DNA of 63,470 bases, filler included, from Reticulomyxa filosa (GCA_000512085.1; 16 parts of 16 records of this genome joined end to end with filler, not necessarily neighbours in it); one strand, 5' to 3'; positions 26,452-40,123 are shown, counted from the first letter of the whole stretch. A program made the numbers and translations. The notes: generated by a model not told the origin, from the sequence alone.

Positions 26452-28095
26452 TCAGTCATGATGTTTTCGAGAATTTCTACGTTTTGTTAAATTTTTACGT
26501 TTTTGACATACTCTGTCATAGACAACTTTGATGATAGAAACAGCCCAATAAAAGTGAAGACCCTATAAGGGGGGGGGGGGGGGGAGGGGAAAAAAGTCAT
26601 ATTGATAAAGATAAACAACAACGTGGATTTGTTATCTGTTGTTTTGTGGCGAATTGAAAGAGGAGGAGGGAAAAAAAAAATGAAGAACAAACCAGCAGCA
26701 AATATAACAAAATCTGAAAAGCAATCATGTGAAGAGGTCTACAAGAATACATGGGAGTGGTTTGAAAGGTCAAAGGATACAAGACTTTCCAAGAGAAAAC
26801 AAAAATGCGAACGACAATCCATGACAAGACAAAAGCGCCAAAGCATAAATCCCGACCAAATTTTTCATTGCTATAAATGCAAGTTTTGGCACCAGCTAAA
26901 AAAAAGTCGGCATTATCATGAACGGCCATTACCAAGCCACCAACTTCCATTAATCCAAAGAAATACGAACTGAAGATCAGCACTACTGTTATGCAATGGT
27001 GAATCATCATTATCTGTTTTGGTCATTGTAATATGCATATGTATATATACATATTAAATATATAAATATATATATATATATATATTTATATACATGTACA
27101 TATGTATATATGTATATGTACAATGTTTATATATGTGTATTTCGAAGAAAAACGAAACAACAAAATCAGATCGCTGCGTATCAAACAATTGATAAACAAC
27201 TCGATGAAGATGATAACCAAAGGACAGCTGATAATAAAACTTTAAATTACGATTGGAGTGTTGTGGCCATCGCGTGTAGCAGACGTTTCCGGCATAAAGC
27301 ACATCCTCTTGCGACATGACATAAATGCCGGTGCACATGATCAACAACACAGTGAAAACCTTCCACAACTCTTCAATGTACTTTTGCACAAACTCTTCCG
27401 ATTGAAGTGTGGTCACGTAATACGACCAGTATTCCATTATTTGACTTTTTTCGAATCCCGTTTGTTGGTGGATAAAATTGATAAAGGCCGCATTTTCGGC
27501 CTTGTTTTTTTTAGGATTTATCACACTTGATTTCACTATCTCTTCTTCTGCTGTTTTGTGATGATGATGATGGCGATGTGTTTGTACGTGATGATGCGAT
27601 TTGCTATTGCTATTCGTCATGGACGACACTGCTGCCCATTGCTGTTTTATTTCATTAAAACATAGCTTTTGCATATTCTTTAACTTCCATTCATCTTCTT
27701 CTGCGATACTATGCAGGAAACTTGGTATTTTACAAACAAAGTGTTGTTGGGCAAAGTGTTGTGCTATTGGACGCATCAAATAACCACTGCAGTAACGCCA
27801 TATGGTTATCAACGTCGCCTTCGTTGTTTGTTTGTTTTTTCCTTTGTTGTTTTGTTGTTGTCCCACCAAAGGAAAAGGAATCAACATCTTTTTTTCTTCC
27901 CTCGCAACACATACGATTCTTTCAATATCAAACACTCTCCACATTCACACAAACAGATAACCTAACGTAAAATAGCCCAGAAAGCACGACTTCGTGGACT
28001 GGAAAAACATGACGCCCGGCATGGATGATGCAGCCTTTTTCGTTTGGTGGCACTTGGAAAGCTGAGAGATCAACATCTTCAAATAGCTGAAACAT
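26452..28095 (-). CDS. Ceramide synthase (Lag1/CerS, TLC domain), 4 exons
   Basis: Lag1 motif RSDFV-MIIHHCITVVLIFSSY...GGLVMAVHDNADFFLAGAK, plus KYIEELWK, LKFYYQLSFGYHL and LHFYWAVSIIKV. Confidence 0.9.
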
Positions 28096-28418
28096 TATTA
28101 AGCATGTAAAAAAAAAAAAAATCTTCTGTGAAAAACTTTAATGTCTTTTGCTTTTTTTTTTTTAGAAAATTATTTCAATAAAGGTTAGCTAAATTTGATT
28201 GTTTATCTTGTGGATTACATAAGTCCTAAGGTCAACCAAAAATATTATCTGAGCTGTGAGTGAAGTGTTTGTGCTAATAAAACTTAGCAATGGCTGTTAA
28301 GATCGGCCATTCCCCTTCTTTTTAAAAAAATTAATTTATAAAGAGGCAGCCATTTGACACAATTAACAAATTCAAAGAAATTGCCTCATTTGACAAGAAT
28401 AGAAAGAAAAAAAGCATA

Positions 28419-29717
28419 ATGTCCTTTGATCCCGAAGACGCGTTTGCAAAAGAAGAGTTGAAAATGGAAGAACCAGAAGAAGAAGAAGAAAAAATCGAAA
28501 CGAAAAGCAAGAAAATAACAACAGCAAAGCATCCATACGAATTGGCTTGGGACGATATTCCATGGAAGACAGAAGAGCAAAGAGCGGAAGTGGAAAAGTT
28601 TGGAGCAGTGGTTGAATCCAAGTATCCGAATATGGACGCCCGAAACATCTCCCCGTATCAACTAGCAAAGTTTTATTTGGCGAGCTCCAGTGACAATGAA
28701 AAGGCATTGAAAAAGTTTGTGGCACATATGGAATTTCATCGAATAAACCCAGAGTGCGACACGTTTGAAATAGAAGACATATTGGAAATGTTGGACGAAG
28801 TGCAGCACATGCTGTCCTTTGGTTTGATTACGAATAATTCACGAGGGATCCTTTGTGTGAAAACACAATACTTTGTTCCGGCACAGTTCTCAGAACGAAG
28901 ACGTCGGCAGTTGCTTTCGAAATGTATTCTTTACATATTGGATTCGTTTCTGTTGTCTCATTGTATTGAAATACCATTCAAACAGCGATCGTCAAGTGTG
29001 GAGGTCAATAGCAACATTGATAGTAATACCAATAGTAATGACAATGGCAACGAGAATAAAAAAAATGAAAACGACAGAAAAATAGACGAAAAGGGGACAA
29101 CAAACAAAAAAAAACATAACATAAGCTATGTTTTACAAGACGGAGAAACAAATATTTTAAGTGTGATTGAAAATGGGATGATTGGCATTGCCGACTTTGA
29201 AAACTACTCGTTTCAATTGAACTTTTCATTTCAAACGGCCAAAGAATTTATAACAATGATTCAAGAGACTTTCCCGTTACGTGTCAAAGCTGTCTTTGTG
29301 ATCAACGCACCAAAAATCATGGAGCTGATTATGAAGTTGATATTGCCTCTCATGGACAAAGTCATTCGTGATCGCTTCTTTGTCACGAGCGAAGGTCTCT
29401 CCCATTTCAACAACGAACAGTGGAATGTTTCCTTACAAAACATTCCCGAAATTATGGGAGGACAGTACTATCATGATCTCACTTTTTTTGATATTACCTC
29501 TTCTTACGTCAAACACACTTACGAATGCCAAATGAACCGCATCTCTTCGTGGTGTGGCGATCCAACCATGCTTCAATCCCGTCACTCCTTCCCTTCCAAT
29601 TCCAACACCTCCTCTCAATCCTCCAAAAGTGCTTTCTCTCTGCCTTCGTTTTCCATATTCACACTGTGGAAACGAAGCGGAGACAATAAGCCCACAGATG
29701 AAAAGAAGGAGACATAA
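28419..29717 (+). CDS. CRAL-TRIO/Sec14-like lipid-binding protein, intronless
   Basis: LAKFYLA...EKALKKF N-terminus; IADFENYSF...MIQETFPLRVKAVFVINAPKIMELIMKLILPLM...IRDRFF...NIPEIMGG. Confidence 0.88.
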   Translation: MSFDPEDAFAKEELKMEEPEEEEEKIETKSKKITTAKHPYELAWDDIPWKTEEQRAEVEKFGAVVESKYPNMDARNISPYQLAKFYLASSSDNEKALKKFVAHMEFHRINPECDTFEIEDILEMLDEVQHMLSFGLITNNSRGILCVKTQYFVPAQFSERRRRQLLSKCILYILDSFLLSHCIEIPFKQRSSSVEVNSNIDSNTNSNDNGNENKKNENDRKIDEKGTTNKKKHNISYVLQDGETNILSVIENGMIGIADFENYSFQLNFSFQTAKEFITMIQETFPLRVKAVFVINAPKIMELIMKLILPLMDKVIRDRFFVTSEGLSHFNNEQWNVSLQNIPEIMGGQYYHDLTFFDITSSYVKHTYECQMNRISSWCGDPTMLQSRHSFPSNSNTSSQSSKSAFSLPSFSIFTLWKRSGDNKPTDEKKET

Positions 29718-30869
29718 CAAACTGAAACTTATTGACTCAATGTTCTTTTTATTTTAAACTCTACAAACAAACAAAAAACTCGCTTCCAAAAAAATTTTTG
29801 CCATATTTTGTACGAGCTTTTCTTTTGGATGCTTGAAAGAAGCTTCCAAAAGATTTTAATGTTTTCATGTATTTCTTTCCTCTCTCCTTTTCTTCTCCCT
29901 TCTCCTTGCCATAAACAAAAAATTTATGAAAGATTGCCACTATTTACCGAATGAAACTGAAGAGAAAAGAGCTGGAGGGACGGAATAAATAGCCAAGTCA
30001 ATACAATGGCCGATATTATCAAGTGATTCATTTGTAATGTGGCCTTGGTTGGCGTATATATTTTTATGACATATGAATAAGACAGAACAGGGGACATATT
30101 GGAAATAATTTTTAAAGTTGGTTTTAAAATTGGTGAATAATTGTTTTTAAAATGCTTTATCTTGTTTTTCCTCATGTCTTTCCATCGATCGAGCAACAGA
30201 AAAAATCTATTGTCTCTAATTACACAGCTTTTTTGATGCAATAAAAAAATTGTTTTATGTTTTGAACGTGTGCAAACAATTGAAAAAAATTTTTTAACTG
30301 GCATAAAAAATATTTTTAAAATGAAAACATTTACGACGCAATAAAGTAACACCTAATTTAATTTTTGTTGTTTATTTATTAAATTTTTTTTAATTTTACA
30401 ATCCTGTGACTCACACAAAAAATATTCTTTATATGTTCCGGCACAGAATTAGTAAATGTAATACGAAAGTAAGCAAATTTTTCCAAGTTAGTTGGGATTG
30501 TAAGATTCGGTCGGGTATTACAAAGATGAAATTATTGGTTATATGAAAAATGTTGACTGTATTTTTTGGTTTGATAAAAAAAAATGCAAGTTAAATAGTT
30601 AAAAAAAAATCTTTACACTTATATTTGGTGGATTGTATTTCCAACTAATAAAATTTTATTGTTTCATTTAAATATCCCAAAACATGATCCAATTCTTCAG
30701 TAGAAATTACGTGATTATTTGTTGCTAACTCCATTGATAACTAATTATTTTAAAAACAAAGAAAATTAANNNNNNNNNNNNNNNNNNNNNNNNNNNNNNN
30801 NNNNNNNNNNNNNTTAATTAATTAANNNNNNNNNNNNNNNNNNNNNNNNNNNNNNNNNNNNNNNNNNNN

Positions 30870-31773
30870 TTCTATTTTTGATATTTCTTCTATTTTTGGT
30901 ATTTCTTGCGTTTTTTGTATTTCTTGTATTTTTTGCATTTCTTGTTTTTCTTGTTTCTCTTGCTTTTCTTGTATATTTTGTATTTCTTGTGTTTTTTGTA
31001 TATTTTGTATTATTTGCATTTCTTGTTTCTCTTGCCTTTCTTGTGATTCCTGTTGTTCGATTTTTTCGTTGTCAGTGTCATCTTCTGATGGAGGGGTTTT
31101 AATCATTCTTGTAGGCTTTGAATGGTATATCTTTCTTTTCTCTTTCTTTGGTTGAGATTCTTTCTTTGGTTGAGATTCTATCTTTGTTTGTTTGTTTGTT
31201 TGTTTGTTGTTGACAAGGGAATGTTAAGACAAATAAACAATTGGACAATACACTCAAAGTTTTTGTATATTGCACTTTTATATTGGCATCACCACCTTAC
31301 ATTAGAAAAATAATTATAGTTGTATTCTCTGAACATTTTCCTCATTTTTGTTCTTTTTTGATCGGTTTGATTTTGACACCAATTTCCAATTCTCTCGTTA
31401 TCATTGAGTCTTCTCCACTTTTGTGGGACAGTTTTGGATGTCAGTGTTCGAACTAGGTCTGATTGTGGTACACTGTTTCTTTTTTCTGTAATCTTCTGTT
31501 TATTTATTTTTTTTTTTTGTTTTTCTCCTCCTTTTTTTTCCTCATTTTTTTTTAGTTTATATAATTATTTTGTAAATATGTCATCCACGAAACATCGAAA
31601 ATCCAACAATCTTGATCATCTCTACCAGAACTAATTGCGCTACTTTTTTCTTTTGTTATTACTTTAACGTCATCTCGATCTTTTTTATTTGTCTCTTTTA
31701 AGTGATTACCATCTTGACGCTCTGTTTCACTATCACTCGAAAGCACAATTGGGTCCACTTTTGAAGAGCCCAT
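30870..31773 (-). CDS. Low-complexity protein, 5' part, with SUMO-interacting-motif-like segments and QE(K/I/M) repeats
   Basis: MGSSKVDPIVLSSDSE...DDVKVI...DCWIFD; a later exon has 9-bp periodic repeats running into the contig end. Confidence 0.5.
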
Positions 31774-31998
31774 TGTCCCCCTGAAATGTATTAGTGTCAA
31801 GTATAAATTTTATTTTATTCCCCCCCTTTTTTGACCCAGTTAGTACTTTCAAAAGTGTTGTGGATGGTTTCTATATTTTCACCAAACATCGAAGATAATT
31901 AATATCCACTTTTTAAAAATTAAACTGAAAATTTGTTCTTTTTAATCCAAACTTTTTTTGTCAACAAAATGAAGAGTTATAAAACGACAGCAAAAGAG

Positions 31999-33034
31999 CT
32001 ATTTAGAAGTATATTGACAAGTATCAAAGTGTTGAATAGCTTTTTCCCAGTCTTCAAACGATTCCAACACGACATCCGCACCGGCAGTTTGCAAATCTTT
32101 GACAGAGTAAATTCCTGTTGCAACCGCAACACAAGCCACTTGATTGGAGTGTGCACATTCGATATCTTTTGGGGTATCCCCAATTATCAGTAGCCTATCG
32201 TTTCCAATCTGTTCTGGTTCTTTTTATTATTGTTATTATTAACATGTTTGGATCAAGTTTGTTAATAAAAATGTTTATTTAATTTTATTTGAATAAATTA
32301 AACTAATTCCAAGTTTAAAAGCAAATCTTTGCTTTGCAAATTTGACTAAATCATTTCTATTTTCGGCATCGGATCCAAATGCTCCCAATAAATGAGATTT
32401 ACCATCCTTTTTTTTTTTTTTGAAAAAATGAAAATTTGAAAAATAATCTGCCGATAAATAATTTTAAATACAAAAAAAAAACAAACTGATTGAGTGATGG
32501 TGTTAAAATATTTTAAATTAATTTTAGCGTTATGAAATTTAATAGGAATGGAATCTATCATATTTCCACTCAATAAACCAATATAAAATTTTTGATGAAA
32601 CTTTGGACGGGTTGTCAACTCAGTTAAAAGTTTGTCGACATGAGGTAAGATTTCGTAGGAAGATATACCTTTTGAAATGGCATCTTCGTGATATTTGGCA
32701 ATGTTTTGTGCCGCTTTTACGATATACTCTTCGTAAGTTCCCGCCTTTTTAAATGATGACAGATCAATTTTGTGCACGGACTCATTGTACTCCAATAACT
32801 TCCTTAGTATTAACCGATCGGTCAATCCGTCAAACAACACACCCTCTGTCGTTGAAATGCTCAACCCAAAGGTTTCATTTAAAGTCACAAGCAACGGAGA
32901 GTAAAGCTTGTGTTTGTGTCGAGACCGCAATAAAGTCCCATCTACGTCGAATAATAAAAGGCGGGGAATCTGCACAACTTTTGCGGTTCGATATTTGGTG
33001 AAACAGATTTTGATTCGACTTCTTCTGAGGCCAT
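31999..33034 (-). CDS. HAD-superfamily hydrolase (PGP-like), 3 exons, with an apparent 1-nt frameshift near 32980
   Basis: Motif I LLLFDVDGTLL, motif II GLLSGN, LGAFGSDAENRNDL, motif IV IIGDTPKDIECA...VAVATG...AGADVVL. Confidence 0.88.
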
Positions 33035-33262
33035 GCAAGACATGAATTACGATGGAAGATCGAACCTGGGGGAACTTAATTCAAATTAAAAAAATCTTTC
33101 ACGCACTTAACAAAAACTACAAAACACAATTTACAAACTAAAACAAATAAAATAAGCTTGTTNNNNNNNNNNNNNNNNNNNNNNNNNNNNNNNNNNNNNN
33201 NNNNNNTTAATTAATTAANNNNNNNNNNNNNNNNNNNNNNNNNNNNNNNNNNNNNNNNNNNN

Positions 33263-33683
33263 TTTTTTTTTTTTTTTTTTTTATTGTTGTTGTGCATTTT
33301 TAATAGCCCCTTTTTTTTTTTTTTTTTTAAGTTGCCTACTTGACATCAAAAATTTCTGTAAATTTCCATACATAAATATTGTTACTTTGGCTTAATGAGA
33401 GTTGCCGAAATGTCAGTCCTTGAGACAGTCCACTTGATATCGTGTGATTTTCATGCAAATAGCTCATATAAGACTGTTTTTGAAGCAACTGTTGCAGTTT
33501 TTCATAAGTGTCTATATCCACGTCTTTCATTAACTCCAAATATTTCAAGTTACTAGCTTCTGACTGTATAGTTGTGCCAAAGCCCCAATATTTACTCAAT
33601 CTTGATACACATACCCTCTTGTACAATAAACTGCCATTTAATTTATGCGAGCGCAGAAATGAAGATGTTATGTATGCATTCAT
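33263..33683 (-). CDS. Hypothetical protein, 5' fragment
   Basis: 115-aa ORF ending near a probable splice donor at the contig end; basic, Ser-rich N-terminus. Confidence 0.35.
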
Positions 33684-34435
33684 TATAAATCAAAGATTTT
33701 TCTTTCATAAAAACAACGTTCCTTTTCACGTTCTCTTGGACTATTTAGTGCAAGCAAGAGAAATTATTGCCATAACCAATGTATATAAAAGGCTGCACTT
33801 TCTAACAGGACCAGATGACAAATGTTTGTATTTTCGAAATGTTAATAGCATTATCACAAATAAAAATCACCACTTAAAAAAATAGTACTGACGAGATTTT
33901 AAAAGTTAATGAAATTTATTTTCTAAGCGTTATTCTTATAAATTTAAATTTATACGGCAAAACTTTATAAAACCGCAAGGCAACAGATTGTAAGTCTAAA
34001 TTAATTGCACAAAAAAATACTTTTAAAAAATTGACCCACTTGTTCGTGCCTTTTTTTGTCAGAAATTGCGTTTTTGTATTACTTAAATATGTAAAAATAA
34101 AATTTGCAAAGCTGGTGGCAGTCTCCTAAATAATTTTTGTTTTATCTTTTTTCAATTTTAATGGTTGCATTGTGAGTAGTGTGTAAAAAGACAAATAACC
34201 TTTTCAAACAGATATTTGAGGAATAATAAAAATGTGTAACTTATTTGATTAAATAAAAGTAAATACGTGGATTGTGAATACGCCATTAACTAACTTTTAG
34301 AGTAAATGTGTAGAAAGTTCAGTTGAGCAAAAGTGACGAGATTGATTTCGTTTGAATTACCTTAGGATATATAATTTAGCTATTTTTTCTTGGGGATTTC
34401 ATTTTAGTGTAGTGTATTGACTTTTATTTGCAAAA

Positions 34436-37400
34436 ATGAGTGCAAATGGTCAGGATAACGACCTTGAAGACAACTACAAGAAGCTGGCACAGAAATTGCA
34501 GTCGGTGTACCACTCTGTCAAATCAAATCGAGATTCTGAAAATTCTGATCGTCAAAAAGAGTTTGATTTTTTTTTTTTTTGCAATGAACATCCAAAAAAA
34601 AAAGTCCGTCTGTAAGATGCAGCGGATGGCATTGTCAAAAAAATTTTTTTAGTGACACTTTTTGCTTGACCAGCAGATTATGAAAGAGCAAAAACAAACA
34701 AGGAAAAATCGAGACCCAATTCCAACAAACGGACAAACAAAACAAAATAAAACACAGAGAATTTATAAAGTTATTTTGCAAAGCATTTGATTGGAGTGCT
34801 GACTATGAAGAGGAGGATAACGATGGGCTACAGTTTGTTGACAACGACGCCGACATTGACGCCGATGCCGATGAAGATCAGTTGGTGGAAGAGGAAGATG
34901 AAATGATTTTGGAGAACAAGGAGCAAAAAGGTGTGTTGAAAGGAGGGATGTATGTCAATACCAAAGATAAATGGACAGCATCATCACTACCTCGTCATTT
35001 ATTTAACAGCCAACAAAAAAAAAAAAAAAAAAATGTAAATTGTACAAATCAGTACATTGCTTTATGTGCAATGCCACAACATAGAAACAAAAGACAAGAA
35101 CCTAATAGAGACGATCAATGCCACTGGCAATGCACAAAAGGAAAGTGATGATGCATCGAAACCCATTACCGTCAAAGAAACCAAAGCCGATCCAAAACAT
35201 ACCGACAAAGCAGGAATCGAGGACAGTTCTGCCAATCGTAGCCATACAAATGATAACTACTCTCAAACTAATGTAACAATGGACAAACCACCATCAACAA
35301 CGACCACAGACACTTTCCCTGTGGACACTAGTACCACATCTGTCGCAACTAAACCTAGGTATTTTTGTATGCGATTTTTTTTTTTTTTTTTTTAATAATA
35401 ATGAGTGCGAATAAGATTCGTCAAGGAGAAAGAGATAATTTTATTTTAATTTAATTTTTTTTTTTTTTTTTTTTTGAAAAGTGATGATATGAGCAGCATG
35501 ACGACAGGCCCCAAACCAAATGAAAATTCGACGAAGCAGATAAATGAAACGAATAACAACAACAATAACAATGCTTTGCCTAGCCTTGCGGCCTTGGGAA
35601 ATGCCAGTGAAACGGTTCAGCTGTTGATGGGCAACACCACTTTGGCAAAGCAATTGGCTGTGTCCATGAAAGGTGAAAATGAATGGCACCGAGAAAACTC
35701 GAACGATTCATGGAGCAGTGATTTTAGTGGCAACAGCAGCAATCATGATCACGATCATCAATCAATAATGGTCCAAGCTGACAAATCGGCGATCGCTGGG
35801 CCCAAAGCTCCATCGGTAACCACCAACGCTGCACAACAGGCCCCAATTCATAAGACAGCTAATCTGGAGAAAAATGGTGGAAGTAACTCGAAAGACAGTA
35901 ACAAGAATAATCTTGGGACTGGCACAAGTTTGGCAAGAGGGAAGGGAAAATACAAAGAGCGAAGGGGGCCCGAAGGAGGGAGGGGAAAATGAGAAGAGGG
36001 AGGAAGAAAGAGCCAAAAAAAAAACTATGATTTATGATGTCTACTCTCCCTTTTGATATTGTATTTGATTGTTTTGACTAATTCTTTTTTTTGGAAAAAA
36101 AAAAGCCGAAACACATGTAGTTCGTCAAGTGTTGCGACAGTTGGTGTTAATGTTGTTGCAACATCATCCCAATGGCGTTTATGAAAATGAATTGCAAGTC
36201 AAATATCAGCAAATGACAGAAAACAAACCGAAAATTGATGATACCATTCAATATTTGCTGTTTAATCATCGCAATGTGTTAGTTACTCCTTGTGTTAATC
36301 GTGGTAACTTATTGACACTGAATCACCAGGTGTGTAGGAGTGTATTTAAATAGTTGTCTATTTTTTTTTTTTAACACGTTGAGTAATCAAATTTACTTTT
36401 GGCACTTGTAATACACGATACAGAGCATCTCAAGTGTGTTGGAGGAATATACACTCAGTGAAATCTCCAGCTCGATTTCTGGACATATCAATGTCATCAT
36501 GAAGCTGTTTCCTTGCGGCATTTCCGCTGAAATATTGGACGAGATGATGTTCAATTTCTATGGATATAAGTTGAGTCTTGCTATTTTTTTGTATTGTTTC
36601 ATATGTGTTTGTTTGTTATACAATAATCTCTTCATTTTTTTTTTTAAAAAAAAAGGGGGACTATGTGTTGTGCTAATTTGTTTATTAAAACAATAGACTT
36701 TCACAACTTGTGTCGGACATTGAAAAATTTATGGGGACTCATTGTAATGTTGCATCCAATACAAATGAAGGTGTGCTCGTGTATATGCCGTTTGATAGCG
36801 TAGGAACAAAGCCAACTGGACATCACTCTCAAGTTATTCACAATGTCTGTGCGCATTATTTCTCACTTGTCTTTTTTTTGTTTGTTTGTTTGCACGTCGG
36901 TGTGTTTGTTAAATTCGTTGTGACGATTCAACAAATTGATGTAGGTGTTATCTACTGCAATTGGATATCGAGAATTGCTCATTGCATTGTTGGCACATCA
37001 TGACAAGCCAATAAACATTAGCCAGTTAGAGAATGAGTTTGTTGAATTATTCGATATAAAATTAAACGCGTACTCTCCTGTCATTAATCGTATTTTGAAA
37101 AAAATCAACGATCCAACATTGAATCAAGAACAAAAACAATCTCAATTGCATCATTCTTCGCAGACGTTGGATGAAAGCAATGCATCTCGTAGTAGTTTGC
37201 GTAACAGCAATAGTTCATTGAAATCAATTATCACTAAATTCCGTTTAGCAAGTAATTTTGAGCTTCATTATGAAAAAAACCGTGCGTTGTTTGAATTATT
37301 CTGTCCAAAATGTCGCCAAGACAATGCCGTCATCAAATCTCCATTCAAAGTTGCTACAATCTCCTTCCTCCCCTCCCCCTTTTTTTTTTTGTCCTCTTGG

Positions 37401-39322
37401 AAAATTGTCCTTTAGGAGACGTGCTGTTTAGATATGTTGAACAATGCCAAAACTTAACTAAAAATAATTTTTTGTATATATTTATGAACATTGAATGCAA
37501 TATAGGAAGACCACAGAACCGTCTTTATGGGTGGGTTTGCTCACGGAACATCGACAAAAGAATTGGAGGACGCTTTGGCAGAGTATGGAGCAAAAATGAT
37601 TGACTGCAAAGGCATCAGTTTTCGAAACTACGGGTGGTCATTTGTTGTTGTGGAAACTCCACAACAAGCCGAAGATTTGATTGCTCGTTCTCCAATTCAA
37701 ATTCGTGGCCGAAACATTGATGTTCGCCCCTTCATTGATCGAAAGAGAGTGGTAAGTTTCGTTGTTGCTTTGTGAATGTCCAAAAGTGGAAAGGAAACGA
37801 GGAGAGAAGGAAGAAAAACAAACATAAAAAAAAACAAAAAAGCAAATATTTGGACACACAGAAAAATCATCAACAAAATCGGCCTTCCCCAAAGAAACTG
37901 TTAACAGCAGTACTCGAAGCGGTACAACAAAATCCATCAGGGTTAACTGTGGCGCAAATGCAAACCAATTTGTTCCATAAATTTCAATTTCGAGTTGATG
38001 GCCCTGATATCACAAAATTAGTTTCAAGAAATGCCAAACTATTACAAATCAAGCGTCACCCCATTGAACGCATTGTTCTTACTCCAGTTAACATTTCTTA
38101 GTTTATGTGTTGATGTATTGCTTTATTTCCTCCTTGCGACATATCCCAATGATTGAGTGACTTAGAAAAAAAAACAACTTTGTGGCACAAACAGAAAATG
38201 CACAGATTAAAGATGGACGAATTGAAATGGAAAATATTGAAGATTTGGAACAGCACAGATGGTTCACAGGATGGAGCAGACGAACAAAGCGGAACACCCG
38301 AGGGTGAAAAAAAATCAAAAGAGCAAAAAGTTCTCTCTTTGGCAGAGTTTGAAAATGAATTTGCTCGCCGTTATAAAGCGTTTTTAGATCCAAATTTATA
38401 TGGATACAACTCTGTGTACAATTTATTACAATCGATGACTGATATATTATGCTTTCCTCAAATTCGTTCGCAATCCCATGTGGAAAATCAAAACTCGATG
38501 AGCCCGCCTCATGCCGACTTATTAGCGCCTATCGTAGCAGCACCCAAAGCCGTAGTGGCTCCAACTTCAATGGTTACTGTAGCAGATCTTGTGAATGGTG
38601 GAACCAACCAAGGACTGTCTGTCGTATCCAATGTACCTGCCGTGTCCTTAACTGAAAATAAAGTAGTGTCAACAACCTTGCTAGGAAGGTAGCGTTGTCG
38701 GCAAATCTAAAAACAGCAGGAATGGAGACCGTAGGGAATAATGGGTCTGCGACGATGTACATGCATCCTGGTAGTGTAATGCACTCTTCCGCTGGGGGCA
38801 TGATGCATGGATTTCCATCTTCAATTTATTCAAGCTTTGTTTTTTTTGTGTGTGTCATTCCTTCTGAAACAACAAATAAATCAATAATAATAAACACTGT
38901 TTACACAGATTATCCACCGATCAGTTTGATGAACAATGGAAGGTTTCCTATCACCACACAGACACCAATGGATGCAGGACATATGATGCCACAAACATCA
39001 GATGTAGAACCGCCAAAACCTTCTTGGCCAACTTTGGACAATATGTGGTCATTTCAAAGCATTCCCGCAAACCAACAACCACTTTTTTTACCTTCACTAT
39101 CCAACTTGGGTGGATTTTCAAATCGATCTTTGGAAAATATGTCAACAGGAAAGCAAGGTAATATTATGGTTGACAGTTAAGCAACTTTTAATTGGTTTGA
39201 AAGTTTGTACGTTGGATAGAAACAGTAAACATACTATTACAGCCAATCCAAGTATCTTGCCTTTATTTAACCAATTGTCAAACGGAAGTCAATTTGGCAA
39301 CGTAGCAAAGTCGTCAAGGTAA
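34436..39322 (+). CDS. Multi-exon protein with several OST-HTH/LOTUS domains and one RRM
   Basis: Canonical LOTUS LSLAEFENEFARRYKAFLDPNLYGYNSVYNLLQSMTDIL; LOTUS-like LLQHHPNGVYENELQVKYQQM, MKLFPCGISAEILDEMMFNFYGYK, HDKPINISQLENEFVELF and QNPSGLTVAQMQTNLFHKF; RRM MGGFAHGTSTKELEDAL...YGWSFVVVETPQQAEDLI...IRGRNIDVRP. The 5' exons are approximate. Confidence 0.75.
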
Positions 39323-40123
39323 AACAATATTAGTTGCAAATATAGCGCTTGGGAAAATATATTTTTTATAATGAGTACAATAATTTTAACACCTTGTTGT
39401 GTTGCTCCAATGTAGCAAATATATTGTTGCTTGGTGATTTGATGAGTAGTGTATAGCAAAAGGGTTGCTTGTCCTTTTTGTTTGTGGGTTTATTTGTCGA
39501 AATACACCTGTCACACTTGACAGGAATTAGCGTGTTTTTTTGTTCAGTTCCAGCTTATTTTTATTTGTTTCTGCACCCTTTTGCGTATCATTCACAATAA
39601 CTTTCTGTTGCGATGACTTTTGTTGAACACATTTTTTTGCTAAAATGTTTATTTTTTTAAAATGAGTTATTTAATTTTTACATTTACTGTTTTCACGATT
39701 TGGGTTTGTTCGAATAAGTAATCCAAAGATTTTAAAAATATTGGTACATCAAATAAGTAAAATACAAAAGAAGCAAAAAGGGAAATCATTATCACTAAAA
39801 GAAAAAAAAAAATCCTTTTAACATCTTCTCATGCAAAGCTTCAGAAGCTAGATTATGAGAAAAGGTGAACAGTATTGACAACATCCTAGTACTATGTTAG
39901 GTTTTTGGACTTTCCTAACAACAAACAAACACTTTACCATTAGTAAAGACATGATCTTTCAAGAAATCAAGAATTCGATAAAGAAGAAATTTCTCAAAGC
40001 TAGTTTATCAATGATTATAGATANNNNNNNNNNNNNNNNNNNNNNNNNNNNNNNNNNNNNNNNNNNNTTAATTAATTAANNNNNNNNNNNNNNNNNNNNN
40101 NNNNNNNNNNNNNNNNNNNNNNN

